58,471 nucleotides of DNA from positions 1 to 58,471 of the forward strand of contig JBILDU010000005.1 in the NCBI GenBank assembly GCA_044352465.1. Direction: 5' to 3'. The position numbers and the translations under genes were made by a program. Source of the stretch: Bdellovibrionota bacterium. GTDB taxonomy: Bacteria > Bdellovibrionota_C > UBA2361. Of the stretch, positions 17,158 to 27,195 are shown piece after piece; position 1 is the stretch's first letter; every line of letters starts with the position of its first letter. The notes under the pieces were generated by a model. That model was not told the DNA's origin. It did no database searches and was given only the letters and a program-made list of their open reading frames with translations.

Positions 17158-19257
17158 ATGGAGAAGAACCGCGGCATAGGCTGTCTGCAGTCCCCTCGCT
17201 CCGTGGCGGTCGTCGGTGTGTCGCATGATGAGAGCAAGATCGGCACCCGAATCTTTCGTAACATTCAGAGGAATGGATTTAGCGGCGCGGTATATCCGGT
17301 CAGCCGTAATCCGTTCGAACTCGATGGGCACCCGACATACCGCTCGCTCACCGCGATCGACGGCCCGGTGGATCTGGTGGTTATCTGTGTACCCAACACC
17401 GCGGTTGAGGCTGTGATCGCTGAGGCTGTCGCCATGAAGGCTGGTGGTGCCTGCGTTATAACCTCCGGTTTTGCCGAAGTCGGGGAGCAGGGCGGCGAGC
17501 TCGAGCGGCACATCGTCTCGGTGGCGCGGCGTGGGGGGCTGCGGTTGATCGGACCTAATTGTTTCGGAGTTATCAACGGAGATCCCTCAGTTCAGTTGGT
17601 GGCAACCTTTGGTCGGGCCCCACGGCTCAACGGCACCACCGCGATCGCGACTCAGAGTGGCGCGTGTGGCATCCTCATCCTCGAGGGGCTCGCTGCCGAA
17701 GGTTTAGGGGTGGGACGATTTGTTTCGCTCGGCAACTCAGCCGATCTCGCGGTGGCTGATTTTTTAGAGATGTGGGGCGAAGACCCGACGATCCAGGTGG
17801 TTGCGCTGTATCTCGAGGGACTGCCGGACGCTAGCCGATTCATTCGCGCGGCACAGGCTGTGAGTGCTCGCAAGCCACTCCTCGTCATGAAAGGTGGGCG
17901 AACGAGTGTCGGTGCGCGGGGAGCCGCCTCGCATACTGCTGTGGTTGCAACCCCATCCCGAGGAACAAGCGCGGTATTTGAGCGGGGTGGCGCGGTTGAG
18001 TGTACCTCACTCAGTGAGCTCATCGGAGCAACGGCATTAGCAGCGCGGTGGAACGGGCCCCCACCGCTCACTTCAAACGTCGCGGTGATAACTAATTCAG
18101 GTGGTCCGGGAATCTTGTTTGCCGACCGGGGAGAGCCGCTCGGACTCCTTTACCCCGAACCGTCACCAGCCCTGCAAACGTCCCTCCAGGTGCTCGTTTC
18201 CCCTCAGGCTGGCCTGACGAATCCTTTCGATCTTACCGCGGCAGCGTCGCCAAGCGACTTCGTTGCGGCGCTTGAAAGGTGTGCCGCCGAGTACGCTGTG
18301 TTGGTAGTGCTCCTCGTTGATATCGGCTTATTTCCCTTTGATGCCTATTGTGAATCGCTCGTCCGTTTGGACGCTATGGTCAAAAATCGCCTCCTCTTGG
18401 TTCTTCCGAACGCACCGCGGGAGGGCTACTTTTCCGATGCTGTCGGCAGTTTCCCGGTCTTCCGGGATATCGATGCGGCGGCCACCGCGCTCGCAGCATT
18501 TCTCAAGACGCGCGCTTATCGAGAGCGGCTCTCTTGCGAGCCGTCGGCGGTTACGGTGAAGCCGCCTCGGGCCTTGAGTGCACTCCGCACCCCAGCGGAG
18601 GAGCGCTGGCTTCGATGGGAGGAGGTTGTTCGTGTCCTGCGCGATTTTGACCTTCCGTGTGTCGAGGGGAAAATCGTCCCCATCGACGACGCGGGCATGG
18701 CGGCCGCCGCGCTGGGTTTTCCCGTGGTGCTTAAGGCCCACGCACCAGCGCTCATACACAAATCCGATGTTGGCGGAGTAATCCCCGATATTCGGGATGC
18801 GTCGATGCTTGCCGGGGCGATTGAACGGCTTAAGCGTATTACCCTTGAGTCGGGTCGAACGATCGAGAGCGTCCTTGTGCAACCGTTCGTCCCGGAGGGC
18901 TTGGAGGGCTATATCGGCTTCTCACGGGACCGGAATCTTGGACCTCTCCTTTCGTGCGGTTGGGGGGGGACCACAGTTGAAGTTCACGCTGACATCGCCG
19001 TGGGCGTGGCTCCGGTGACGCATAGAGACGCCCACCGCATGGTCGATACGGTAAAGTTTGCGCGCTTACTCACTTCGTTTCGTGGTCGGCCACCAGCCGA
19101 TCGAAACGCTTTCGAAGACGCGATCGTGGGCCTTGGTCAGCTCGCGATCGCGCGGCCGGAGATCGTTGAGTGTGACCTCAATCCGGTGATGGTCCTACCG
19201 GAGGGCCAGGGTATCCGCATCGTCGATGGCCGGATGCGTCTTGGGATACCCCGTTGA
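17158..19257 (+). CDS. Acetate/acyl-CoA ligase (ADP-forming), fused alpha-beta
   Basis: CoA-binding domain; GPNCFG; QSGA; AASHT catalytic His; NPFDL; HKSDVGGV; DLNPV; no GNAT domain. Confidence 0.9.
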   Translation: MEKNRGIGCLQSPRSVAVVGVSHDESKIGTRIFRNIQRNGFSGAVYPVSRNPFELDGHPTYRSLTAIDGPVDLVVICVPNTAVEAVIAEAVAMKAGGACVITSGFAEVGEQGGELERHIVSVARRGGLRLIGPNCFGVINGDPSVQLVATFGRAPRLNGTTAIATQSGACGILILEGLAAEGLGVGRFVSLGNSADLAVADFLEMWGEDPTIQVVALYLEGLPDASRFIRAAQAVSARKPLLVMKGGRTSVGARGAASHTAVVATPSRGTSAVFERGGAVECTSLSELIGATALAARWNGPPPLTSNVAVITNSGGPGILFADRGEPLGLLYPEPSPALQTSLQVLVSPQAGLTNPFDLTAAASPSDFVAALERCAAEYAVLVVLLVDIGLFPFDAYCESLVRLDAMVKNRLLLVLPNAPREGYFSDAVGSFPVFRDIDAAATALAAFLKTRAYRERLSCEPSAVTVKPPRALSALRTPAEERWLRWEEVVRVLRDFDLPCVEGKIVPIDDAGMAAAALGFPVVLKAHAPALIHKSDVGGVIPDIRDASMLAGAIERLKRITLESGRTIESVLVQPFVPEGLEGYIGFSRDRNLGPLLSCGWGGTTVEVHADIAVGVAPVTHRDAHRMVDTVKFARLLTSFRGRPPADRNAFEDAIVGLGQLAIARPEIVECDLNPVMVLPEGQGIRIVDGRMRLGIPR

Positions 19258-19402
19258 GAATTCGAGCCCCCTTGCCCTTACGAGTATGGGCAAGGGGGGG
19301 GAGCCCAGCTCGCCAAGGCCTCATTATGTTACGCGCACAAAATATACAGTTCAGCGGCATTCTGGCATATTACCGGCCGGATAACTATTCGAGCGTATCA
19401 GC

Positions 19403-20650
19403 ATGAGTAACGTTATTATCGTCGGAGCAGGGCTCAGCGGTCTTGCCTGTGCGCGTGAGCTTGCTCGTCATGGAATCACGGCAACGGTCTTCGAGGAGCA
19501 GACGCAGGTCGGCGGACGGGCATCGACGCTCCGCACCGATAGCGGATTTTTACTCGATCGCGGTTTTCAAGTGCTTTTAACCGCTTACCCTGAGGCTCAA
19601 CGAGTGTTCGATTACGACGCGCTCGAGCTCGGATTTTTTCTTCCGGGCGCACTCGTGCGATGGAATAAGCGGTTTTACACCGTTGCCGATCCGCTCCGGT
19701 CGCCCCGTTACCTCCTCCAAAGCGCGCTTGCCCCGATCGGGTCCCTTGGCGACAAACGACGCATCGCCCAGCTCCAATTCGAGGCGTTGCGCCCCCGATT
19801 CGGAGATTTCTCTGGCCCTGAAACGACTACCCTCGAGGCGCTCCAGCGGCGGGGGATGAGCCCCACGATTATCGATCGATTCTTTCGCCCCTTTTTCGGG
19901 GGAATATTCCTCGAGTCCGAACTCTCGACGAGCGATCGGATGTTTGAATTTGTCTTTAAGATGTTTAGTCTCGGCTTTGCGGCTCTGCCGAGAAACGGCA
20001 TGGGCGCTTTGGCTGAAGCGCTGCGTGATCAGCTTCCCGGGGATCGGGTGCGCTGTTCGACACCGGTGAGTCGGGTGAGCGCCCACGCGGTGGAGCTGGC
20101 CCATGGAGAGGGGGTAAGCGGTGACGCGGTCGTCGTTGCTACCGATGGGGTTGCGGCTCACCATCTGATTGGTATGGACGCCCAGCCACTTCGGGGGGTA
20201 ACGAATCTTTATTTTAGCGCCACCCGTTCGCCCCTTGAAGCCCCGTTTCTCGTGTTGAACGGCGAGGGGCGTGGTCTCATCAATAATCTCGCTGTTCCAA
20301 GCGACATCGCCCCCAGTTATGCGCCGCCCGGTGCCGCGCTTATCTCGATAACGGTCCTGTCGGAGAAGGCGATGGGACAAAGCGCTCCAGAGCTCAGCAC
20401 CGCGGTGTTGAGCGAAGCGCGTGAGTGGTTTGGTAAGACGACTACCGATTGGGAATTCGTGGGTGGATTCTCGATCGAGCGTGCCTTGCCGATTCAGAAG
20501 CCTCCGTATTTTTCGCGTTCACCCGGTCTGCCGGAGTCGGTTGATGGAGTTTTTCGCTGCGGAGACTATCTGACCAACGGTTCGATACAGGGTGCGCTTC
20601 TTTCTGGAAGGCTCGTTGCGGAAAAAGTGATCGGACACTTACGGGGATAA
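19403..20650 (+). CDS. FAD-dependent oxidoreductase (amine oxidase/phytoene desaturase-like)
   Basis: GAGLSG; GGR; LDRGFQVLLTAYPE; CGDY..GSIQGALLSG. Confidence 0.9.
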   Translation: MSNVIIVGAGLSGLACARELARHGITATVFEEQTQVGGRASTLRTDSGFLLDRGFQVLLTAYPEAQRVFDYDALELGFFLPGALVRWNKRFYTVADPLRSPRYLLQSALAPIGSLGDKRRIAQLQFEALRPRFGDFSGPETTTLEALQRRGMSPTIIDRFFRPFFGGIFLESELSTSDRMFEFVFKMFSLGFAALPRNGMGALAEALRDQLPGDRVRCSTPVSRVSAHAVELAHGEGVSGDAVVVATDGVAAHHLIGMDAQPLRGVTNLYFSATRSPLEAPFLVLNGEGRGLINNLAVPSDIAPSYAPPGAALISITVLSEKAMGQSAPELSTAVLSEAREWFGKTTTDWEFVGGFSIERALPIQKPPYFSRSPGLPESVDGVFRCGDYLTNGSIQGALLSGRLVAEKVIGHLRG

Positions 20651-20653
20651 AAG

Positions 20654-21079
20654 ATGCTGCTTACGGTGCTCTATGTTCACGCGGTGACGACTCTCCTGAT
20701 GGTGGGGGTCATTTGGGTTATTCAGCTCGTGCACTATCCGCTGTTTGAACTGGTGGGTCGGGAGAACTTCGTGGCTTACGAGAGAAGTCATACCGTTCGG
20801 ATAGGTCTCATCGTGATCCCGACGATGTTGCTTGAGGCGCTCACAACGATGCTCCTTGTTTTACTGGACGGGCAGCTCCTGACTATTTGTGGGGCGGCGA
20901 TTCTCGTGGTGATTTGGGGTGCGACCGCGCTTTTTCAGGTGCCGTGCCATGAGCGGCTAGCGCTCCGTTTTGAGGAGGCGGCGTGGCAGCGGCTGGTGCG
21001 CACCAATTGGATCCGAACCTTTGGATGGACTACTCGCGGTGGCATCGCCATCGCACTCCTTCACCAAATCGTCAGATAG
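20654..21079 (+). CDS. Conserved membrane protein, coupled to the oxidoreductase
   Basis: GVIWVIQLVHYPLF; QVPCH; LVRTNWIRT; four hydrophobic segments; 3 nt after the upstream stop. Confidence 0.8.
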   Translation: MLLTVLYVHAVTTLLMVGVIWVIQLVHYPLFELVGRENFVAYERSHTVRIGLIVIPTMLLEALTTMLLVLLDGQLLTICGAAILVVIWGATALFQVPCHERLALRFEEAAWQRLVRTNWIRTFGWTTRGGIAIALLHQIVR

Positions 21080-21274
21080 TTCGATATTCATACGCGCGGT
21101 GTCTTGGAGCACCTCAGGTGTCGCACCCGCGGTCCGTGTCCGCCAAGCACCCTTGATTACTCATTTATCTTTCAGTTCAGGGGCTATGACTCCGCTTCCT
21201 CGACCTATTCCGAAGCTGTGTGGAAGTTTTCTTAGGAAATGGATTTGAGGCATCTTCGTGCGCTATAATGGGAC

Positions 21275-22093
21275 ATGGATTTTGCGAAAAGCATGAAGGC
21301 ATTGCAGTCCGGCACCGACGATGCCTCGCTCGGTTCGGCGGGCGAGTTCCACCGCCGCCTAACCCTTGTTTCGCGCGACATCGTTGAGACGACCGATGCG
21401 CTGCGAGTTGCGCTCATGGGGCTGGAGCAATCTTCCGTATCAGCCATCTTCGAGCGGAACGGACGACCGCCCAGTCAGATTGAGTTTCATTGCGATACGG
21501 TCGACGGGCAATCCGACGTCCGTCTGACGCGTGGGGTTCGGGTTCTCCGTGGTGCCGAGATGATCGCCGCTGAGGAGCGGGCCGCCATAGAGTATGCGGA
21601 GAGCGATAGAAATGGGCTCGGACTCCTGCCGGAGGCTTCGACGGACGATTTTCTTCGAGCGATGACTCGTGAGTTCGAGCGGGATCCGCTACGGGGAGGG
21701 TTTTTCATGCGGGGCTTTTGCGGGATCGATGGGGGAGAGCTCCCCTACGAGGCGCTCGCTCGAGCTGGGCGTTTTGAGGATCGGGGCGGCGAGTATCGAA
21801 TTGAAAAGCTTGCCGGGAGTTCAGAGATCGATGTTGACCAGTCGTTCGATGATGCGGGGCGACTCAACGCTCCAATGGTGTATGGTCAGCTTGAGCCCGC
21901 GAAGCGATATCGTGTCGACCTTGCGACGAATGAACTGAGCTTTAATCTCCCGGTCGCTGAAGATGAGACGTGGGGTGATTTTGAGCCTTTGGCTCCCACT
22001 GCCGCTGAAGCCGCTTTGATCCTCGTCGATCTGAACGACCTCGATGCTGCGCTCAGAGCCGCGCTCGCGCAGGTTCGCTCGAAATCAGGGTGA
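21275..22093 (+). CDS. Hypothetical protein
   Basis: 272-aa ORF filling the gap between recognisable genes; TATAAT just upstream; no recognised motif. Confidence 0.6.
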   Translation: MDFAKSMKALQSGTDDASLGSAGEFHRRLTLVSRDIVETTDALRVALMGLEQSSVSAIFERNGRPPSQIEFHCDTVDGQSDVRLTRGVRVLRGAEMIAAEERAAIEYAESDRNGLGLLPEASTDDFLRAMTREFERDPLRGGFFMRGFCGIDGGELPYEALARAGRFEDRGGEYRIEKLAGSSEIDVDQSFDDAGRLNAPMVYGQLEPAKRYRVDLATNELSFNLPVAEDETWGDFEPLAPTAAEAALILVDLNDLDAALRAALAQVRSKSG

Positions 22094-22203
22094 GTGCACC
22101 GCTGGTTCGCGTTCTCTCTTTCCTCAGGTGACGCGCCTCGTTACTATCTCGCTGGACGGACGATTTTGACGGAGGTCCGTGTAGCTTTGGGGGGCAAGCG
22201 AAC

Positions 22204-22614
22204 ATGAGTGTGGCGCAATCTGTATGGGAGAGGCTTGAAGCCGCGGCCCGCAGCGTTATCGTTAATTCATACTCGCCCTACAGTCGCTTTCAAGTCGCTG
22301 CGGCGCTTCTCACCGATCGCGACGAGATCGTCACTGGGGTAAATGTCGAGAATGCCTCGTACGGCTTGACGATCTGCGCTGAGCGCTCCGCCGTTTATGC
22401 GGCCATCTCCGGAGGAGCTAAGAGCGTCCACGCGCTCGTGGTGTATACGCCGACTCTAACCCCGACCTCTCCATGTGGGGCGTGTCGGCAGGTTTTAAGG
22501 GAGTTCGGACCCGATTATCCGGTACGTTCGATCTGCGCAACGAAGCAGTTACTCGAGTGCTCGATTGCGGACCTTCTCCCCCACGCGATGGGGGCATCGA
22601 ATCTTAAAATGTGA
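22204..22614 (+). CDS. cdd: Cytidine deaminase (homotetrameric type)
   Basis: YSPYSRF; NVENASYGLTICAER; PCGACRQ. Confidence 0.95.
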   Translation: MSVAQSVWERLEAAARSVIVNSYSPYSRFQVAAALLTDRDEIVTGVNVENASYGLTICAERSAVYAAISGGAKSVHALVVYTPTLTPTSPCGACRQVLREFGPDYPVRSICATKQLLECSIADLLPHAMGASNLKM

Positions 22615-22624
22615 GTCCTTGAAG

Positions 22625-23716
22625 TTACGAAAGTTCCGCTTTTAACCGCGCGTGTGCAGTAAAAACAGCCCCGTCGAGCGGCGTGACAACACTTGGAGTG
22701 AGACGGGCTGCAATCCGGCGAATCCTTTCGAAGCTTTCGAAGAGGCGCTCCTCGGTAAGAATTTTCTTGGCGAGGCACGACGCCATCGACCGCGCCAGAT
22801 GAAGGGGGCGCTCGGAGGTCCCATCAGGGTAGCGCGCGATGCAAAACATGTCGCACCCTGCGTTCATGGCGAGTGCTACCGTGTCGTTCGCATCAAATCG
22901 TTGCGCGATCGCCTTCATGTCAAGGTCATCGCCGATAATGACATTACGAAACCCCATTCCCTCACGGAGAAGTTCGCCTAAGATTCTCGGCGACAGCGTC
23001 GCAGGGAAACGGGGATCGATTTTGGGAAATAAAATATGCGCTGTCATCACGAACGGAATATCGCTCTCGACCAGAGCTCTAAAAGGAATCAACTCGCGGT
23101 GTTTCAATTGCTCGGTAGTCAGGTCAAGTGTCGGAAGCTCGAGGTGTGAATCGACCGACGTATCTCCGTGGCCGGGAAAGTGCTTGGCGCATCCTAAGAC
23201 ACCTTGCGCCATGAGCGCTTGAGCAAAGCTCAGTGCCTGACGACCGACCGTCTCTGGGTCGCTCCCAAATGACCGATCGCCGATGACCGGATTGGTCGGA
23301 TTTGAGTGAATATCCGCCAGCGGTGCCCAATCGACGTTGACACCGATCGAACGGAGTTCAATGCCGATCGCTGTGCCGACTTCGGCCGCTCTTGCACCGT
23401 ACTTTGCAGGAGCGGGGAAGGCGGTGAGGGGAGGCGGGGTGCGCATCACTCGTCCCCCCTCATGGTCAATAGTGACGAAGAGCTCCTCGCGCTCGGCATA
23501 ATTTCGAACCGCAGCGAGAAGCGCCTGTAATTTCGGGAGCCAGACCTCGTATGGCGAGGCGTGATCAAAGTTGCGTTTGAGCAGCAATATTCCTGCTGGC
23601 TTCACTTTAGCCAGCATGCGCTTATCGGTATCATCGAGCGTGAGCCCGGAAAGTCCGATGAGGATGTGGTTACCGAAATACTCAGGCTTATCACCGGTGC
23701 GAAACTCAAGATTCAT
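22625..23716 (-). CDS. nagZ: Beta-N-acetylhexosaminidase (GH3)
   Basis: DHEGGRV; KHFPGHGDTSVDSH; MTAHI; DDLDM. Confidence 0.9.
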   Translation of the reverse strand: MNLEFRTGDKPEYFGNHILIGLSGLTLDDTDKRMLAKVKPAGILLLKRNFDHASPYEVWLPKLQALLAAVRNYAEREELFVTIDHEGGRVMRTPPPLTAFPAPAKYGARAAEVGTAIGIELRSIGVNVDWAPLADIHSNPTNPVIGDRSFGSDPETVGRQALSFAQALMAQGVLGCAKHFPGHGDTSVDSHLELPTLDLTTEQLKHRELIPFRALVESDIPFVMTAHILFPKIDPRFPATLSPRILGELLREGMGFRNVIIGDDLDMKAIAQRFDANDTVALAMNAGCDMFCIARYPDGTSERPLHLARSMASCLAKKILTEERLFESFERIRRIAARLTPSVVTPLDGAVFTAHARLKAELS

Positions 23717-23945
23717 AGCAGGTGCGATTATTTAGCTTGTGGGGCTTGTCAGCCGCCTGAGCATACCGTGCGGTGGTCAGGCCCGTCTATGCTCCTAACT
23801 GACTGACTTTAAATCTTTTTTTCGCCCCCACTCTTGTCCCTTACCGTTCCCTAACGGATTTCTCACCTTCTTCTTGCCGGTGCGAGACTGCCTTTGGAAG
23901 TATAATGAAATTGGTTCGTTTGAGGTTCTTCCGTTCATTACTTCC

Positions 23946-25454
23946 ATGCCAGGTCTTGCTGCCATCGATATCGGTTCAAATGCGATCCGTTTGGGGATCG
24001 GGTTTCTTGACCGTGAGCTCAGCCTAAAGTTTATCGAGGAGATCCGTGAACCGATTCGCCTCGGTGATGAGGTGTTCAAGTCCGGGATGATTTCCGAGCA
24101 GGCGATTCAGCGAGCTGAAGCGGCGTTTGCTCGTTTCAAGGGGGCATTCGAGCGCCATGCCGTGACTCGCTATCGTGCGGTTGCTACCAGTGCGCTGCGG
24201 GAGGCCCGCAATCAAAGTGAGTTTATCGCTCGTATCAGGCAGGCCTCAGGCATCGATATCGATGTCATTAGTGGAGAGGAAGAAGCCCGACTTGTATTCC
24301 TCGCCGTGCATCAAGTTTGTAACCTTAAGGGTAAGCTCGCTCTCCTCGTTGATATCGGTGGAGGAAGTGTTGAGGTCTCGATAGTCAAGAAGTCCGAGGT
24401 AGTCTTTTCCGAAAGTCTCAAGATGGGGGCGGTGCGACTGCTTGAGCTCTTTCGCGGACGACCAAACGGTGAAAAGATCTGCGCCCGGATCGTCAAAGGG
24501 TACGTGGATGGCTTGCGTCGTCGACTGAAGCGAGAGCTGCGCGGGCGCAAGATCGATCTTTGTATCGGCACTGGGGGAAATATCGAGGAGCTCGGTGACC
24601 TCCGAGTTCAGCTATGCGGTCGACGAGGCAATCGCGAGATCGATCTCAAAGAGCTCGACCGAGTTATCCAGAGGGTAGGAAAACTCTCCTACGGTGAGCG
24701 AATAACTGAATTAGGGCTTCGGCCCGATCGCGCCGATGTTGTCATTCCCGCAGCGCTCATGGTCCGGGAGGTGCTCCGACACGCGCAGCTTCACCGGCTA
24801 ATGATTCCGCGCGTCGGGCTCAAAAACGGTGTCTTGGCGGAGCTTATCGCTCGAACGGGCGCACACTCTCCCCGCTCGGAGCGTCGGCAGGCGCGGACCT
24901 ATGCAGTCGAGGTGGGACGGCGATTTAATTTCGACGAGCCCCACGCCGAAGCAGTAACGAAGTGGTCACGAAAGCTTTTTGTCGATTTGGCGAGTATCCA
25001 TCGGTGCGACGAGGAGCTGCTCCTCCCTTTCGAGATCGGAGCGTTGCTGCACGATATCGGGCATATCGTGAATGTGAATGGCCACCACAAACATTCGTGT
25101 TACCTGATCCTCTCTTCGCCGTTACTCGGACTCACCGAGCGCGAGCGGCGGATCGCGGCGTGTATAGCCCGCTATCATCGCAAATCTTTTCCCAAGTCAG
25201 AGCATCCCGAGTTTGCGGCGCTCGACCCGGTCGATCGCATTGCAGTGACCAAGCTCGCTGCACTTCTGAGGATCGCCGACGCATTAGATAGTGGGCATAC
25301 CCAGTCGATTCGTTCGATCGGGTTGGAGCTCTCAAAGAGCGACTTGTCGATAAAACTTCGGGGGGACGGCGATCTCGTGCTCGAGCGGTGGTCGATCGTA
25401 CAGAAGGCGAATCTATTTGAGTCAGTCTTTGAACGGAAAGTGATCGTAAGGTGA
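23946..25454 (+). CDS. ppx: Ppx/GppA exopolyphosphatase with C-terminal HD domain
   Basis: IDIGSNAIR; ATSALREA; GEEEA; DIGGGSVE; RADVV; LLHDIG; HHKHS. Confidence 0.92.
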   Translation: MPGLAAIDIGSNAIRLGIGFLDRELSLKFIEEIREPIRLGDEVFKSGMISEQAIQRAEAAFARFKGAFERHAVTRYRAVATSALREARNQSEFIARIRQASGIDIDVISGEEEARLVFLAVHQVCNLKGKLALLVDIGGGSVEVSIVKKSEVVFSESLKMGAVRLLELFRGRPNGEKICARIVKGYVDGLRRRLKRELRGRKIDLCIGTGGNIEELGDLRVQLCGRRGNREIDLKELDRVIQRVGKLSYGERITELGLRPDRADVVIPAALMVREVLRHAQLHRLMIPRVGLKNGVLAELIARTGAHSPRSERRQARTYAVEVGRRFNFDEPHAEAVTKWSRKLFVDLASIHRCDEELLLPFEIGALLHDIGHIVNVNGHHKHSCYLILSSPLLGLTERERRIAACIARYHRKSFPKSEHPEFAALDPVDRIAVTKLAALLRIADALDSGHTQSIRSIGLELSKSDLSIKLRGDGDLVLERWSIVQKANLFESVFERKVIVR

Positions 25455-26197
25455 CTATGCTACAGCAAACTCGTGGAGCGCTCGCTGGTAAACTTATCGC
25501 CGTTGAGGGGCTTGATGGATCGGGTAAGTCGACCCAGATTTCTCTCCTGCGTCGGTGGCTCGAGCTTGAGTCGTATAAAGTGTACTTTACGGAGTGGAAT
25601 TCGTCGTCGCTCGTGCGGAAAGCCACCCGCAAAGGGAAGCGTCGGAAGATGTTGACGCCGACGACGTTCTCGCTGATTCACTGCACCGATTTTGCCGACC
25701 GATACGAACGACAGATTATGCCCCTTTTGCGGGCAGGATACATTGTCCTTGCCGATCGTTACGTCTATACCGCATTTGCGCGCGATGCCGTGCGGGGGTG
25801 CGATCCCGAATGGCTGCGTGAGTTGTACAGCTTCGCCCGTCCACCGGATATCACATTCTACTTCGATGTGCCCCTTGAGACCGCACTCGACCGGATCTTA
25901 CGCGGGCGCCCGGAGCTCAAATACCACGAAGCGGGGATGGATCTTGGTCTATCGGAGGACCCGTATGAGAGTTTCAAGATCTTTCAAGGTCTCATCCAAA
26001 AGCGTTACGAAGGGCTAGCCGATGAGTTTCGATTTAAGATCGTTGATGCGACTGAAGCTCCGGAGCAGCAACAGGAGTATATGCGGCGTATTGTCGGGGC
26101 CACGATCGATCTCGCAAGCTTTAAGTCGAAAGTGTCCTTTCGCTCGCCGGGTGCCCCCGCGGCGAATCGGCGTGATGTTTTAGGGGGGACTCGATGA
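25451..26197 (+). CDS. Thymidylate-kinase-like protein, intact P-loop (candidate PPK3 subunit)
   Basis: EGLDGSGKST; DFADR; LADRY; LKYHEAGMD; GTGA overlap with ppx. Confidence 0.85.
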   Translation: MTMLQQTRGALAGKLIAVEGLDGSGKSTQISLLRRWLELESYKVYFTEWNSSSLVRKATRKGKRRKMLTPTTFSLIHCTDFADRYERQIMPLLRAGYIVLADRYVYTAFARDAVRGCDPEWLRELYSFARPPDITFYFDVPLETALDRILRGRPELKYHEAGMDLGLSEDPYESFKIFQGLIQKRYEGLADEFRFKIVDATEAPEQQQEYMRRIVGATIDLASFKSKVSFRSPGAPAANRRDVLGGTR

Positions 26198-26919
26198 AGA
26201 GCTTTTACGGTCACGGCATTCCTCGGGTTGATCCGAAGGATCTTCGAGGGCATCTCATCGTGGTTGAGGGAGCTGACGGCGCGGGGCGTTCAACGCAGGT
26301 CCAGCTCTTGCGCGATTCCCTCGAGCGGCTCGGTTATCCCACCGTTGAAATCGGATTGAAGCGTTCCGCGCTCGTTGGTGCTGAACTTCAGGAGGCGATG
26401 CAGGGAAACATCCTCTGTCCACTGACGTTGAGCCTTTTTTACGCAACGGACCTTGCCGATCAGATCGAATCGAATATCATTCCAGCCCTCCGAGCCGGGT
26501 TTGTGGTTGTTGCAGATCGCTACATTTATACTTTGATGGCGCGTGATCTTGTGCGGGGAGCTTCGATGAGCTGGCTTCGGCAGGTCTATGGCTTTGCGCT
26601 TGTTCCCGATCTGGTCATTCATTTAAAGGTCCGTCCCGCGATCTTAGCTGAGCGGAGTTTTCAAAAAGACGGTCAACTCGATTACTGGGAGTCGGGGATG
26701 GACATCCAGCGCTCCGGGGACATGTATCAGTGTTTTGTGCGCTACCAAAACAGGATCGGTCGGGCGTATGCCCGCATGAGTAAGGAGTACGGTTTTTCGA
26801 CCGTCGATGGGAGCGGTGAGCCGATGGCGGTCCACCGAGCTATTCGAGATATCGCCTGCCCCATCGTGACGAGCGGCGCCCCGCCCCGATCTGTCGCGAC
26901 CGGTGCGCGGCGCTCTTAG
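26194..26919 (+). CDS. Second thymidylate-kinase-like protein, P-loop Lys replaced by Arg (candidate PPK3 subunit)
   Basis: EGADGAGRST; DLADQ; ADRY; DYWESGMD; ATGA overlap with the preceding gene. Confidence 0.85.
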   Translation: MKSFYGHGIPRVDPKDLRGHLIVVEGADGAGRSTQVQLLRDSLERLGYPTVEIGLKRSALVGAELQEAMQGNILCPLTLSLFYATDLADQIESNIIPALRAGFVVVADRYIYTLMARDLVRGASMSWLRQVYGFALVPDLVIHLKVRPAILAERSFQKDGQLDYWESGMDIQRSGDMYQCFVRYQNRIGRAYARMSKEYGFSTVDGSGEPMAVHRAIRDIACPIVTSGAPPRSVATGARRS

Positions 26920-27033
26920 GTGCCTGAAAAGCCATTCTTTGCCCCTCACAGGTAAGTAACATAGTCGCTTTTCCAGTGAGTTAAGCCGAGTTGCCCATCG
27001 ACGGTGTCCGCCCGATGGTGAAAGAAGGAGAGC

Positions 27034-27195
27034 CGTGCTTTACTTGGGGAGCCGGATTCGTCGGGTCGTCGAGAAGTTGTCCGCTCGGAAAGCTTCCCGT
27101 GGCCGCGTGAGTTGTTGAGCCGTTGAGAGAGATCCGACGAGCTGCGCCCAAAAACAACCGTATCCGGTGAGATCAAACAAGCACGTTACTGTTTT
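27034..27195 (+). promoter_or_regulatory. Structured leader upstream of panB (possible cis-regulatory RNA)
   Basis: Nested complementary segments cgtgctt/aagcacg, ccggat/atccgg and tcgtcgggtc/gatccgacga. Confidence 0.3.

Noticed and set aside
19267..19298. GC-rich hairpin after the acyl-CoA ligase gene as an intrinsic terminator
   Set aside because: A stem is present but there is no U-tract on either strand; function unclear
19577..20380. 267-aa minus-strand ORF
   Set aside because: Antisense shadow of the FAD oxidoreductase gene
25451..26919. Annotating both kinases as tmk
   Set aside because: The pairing, the coupling to ppx and the altered P-loop argue against a simple dTMP kinase call, so the symbol is withheld
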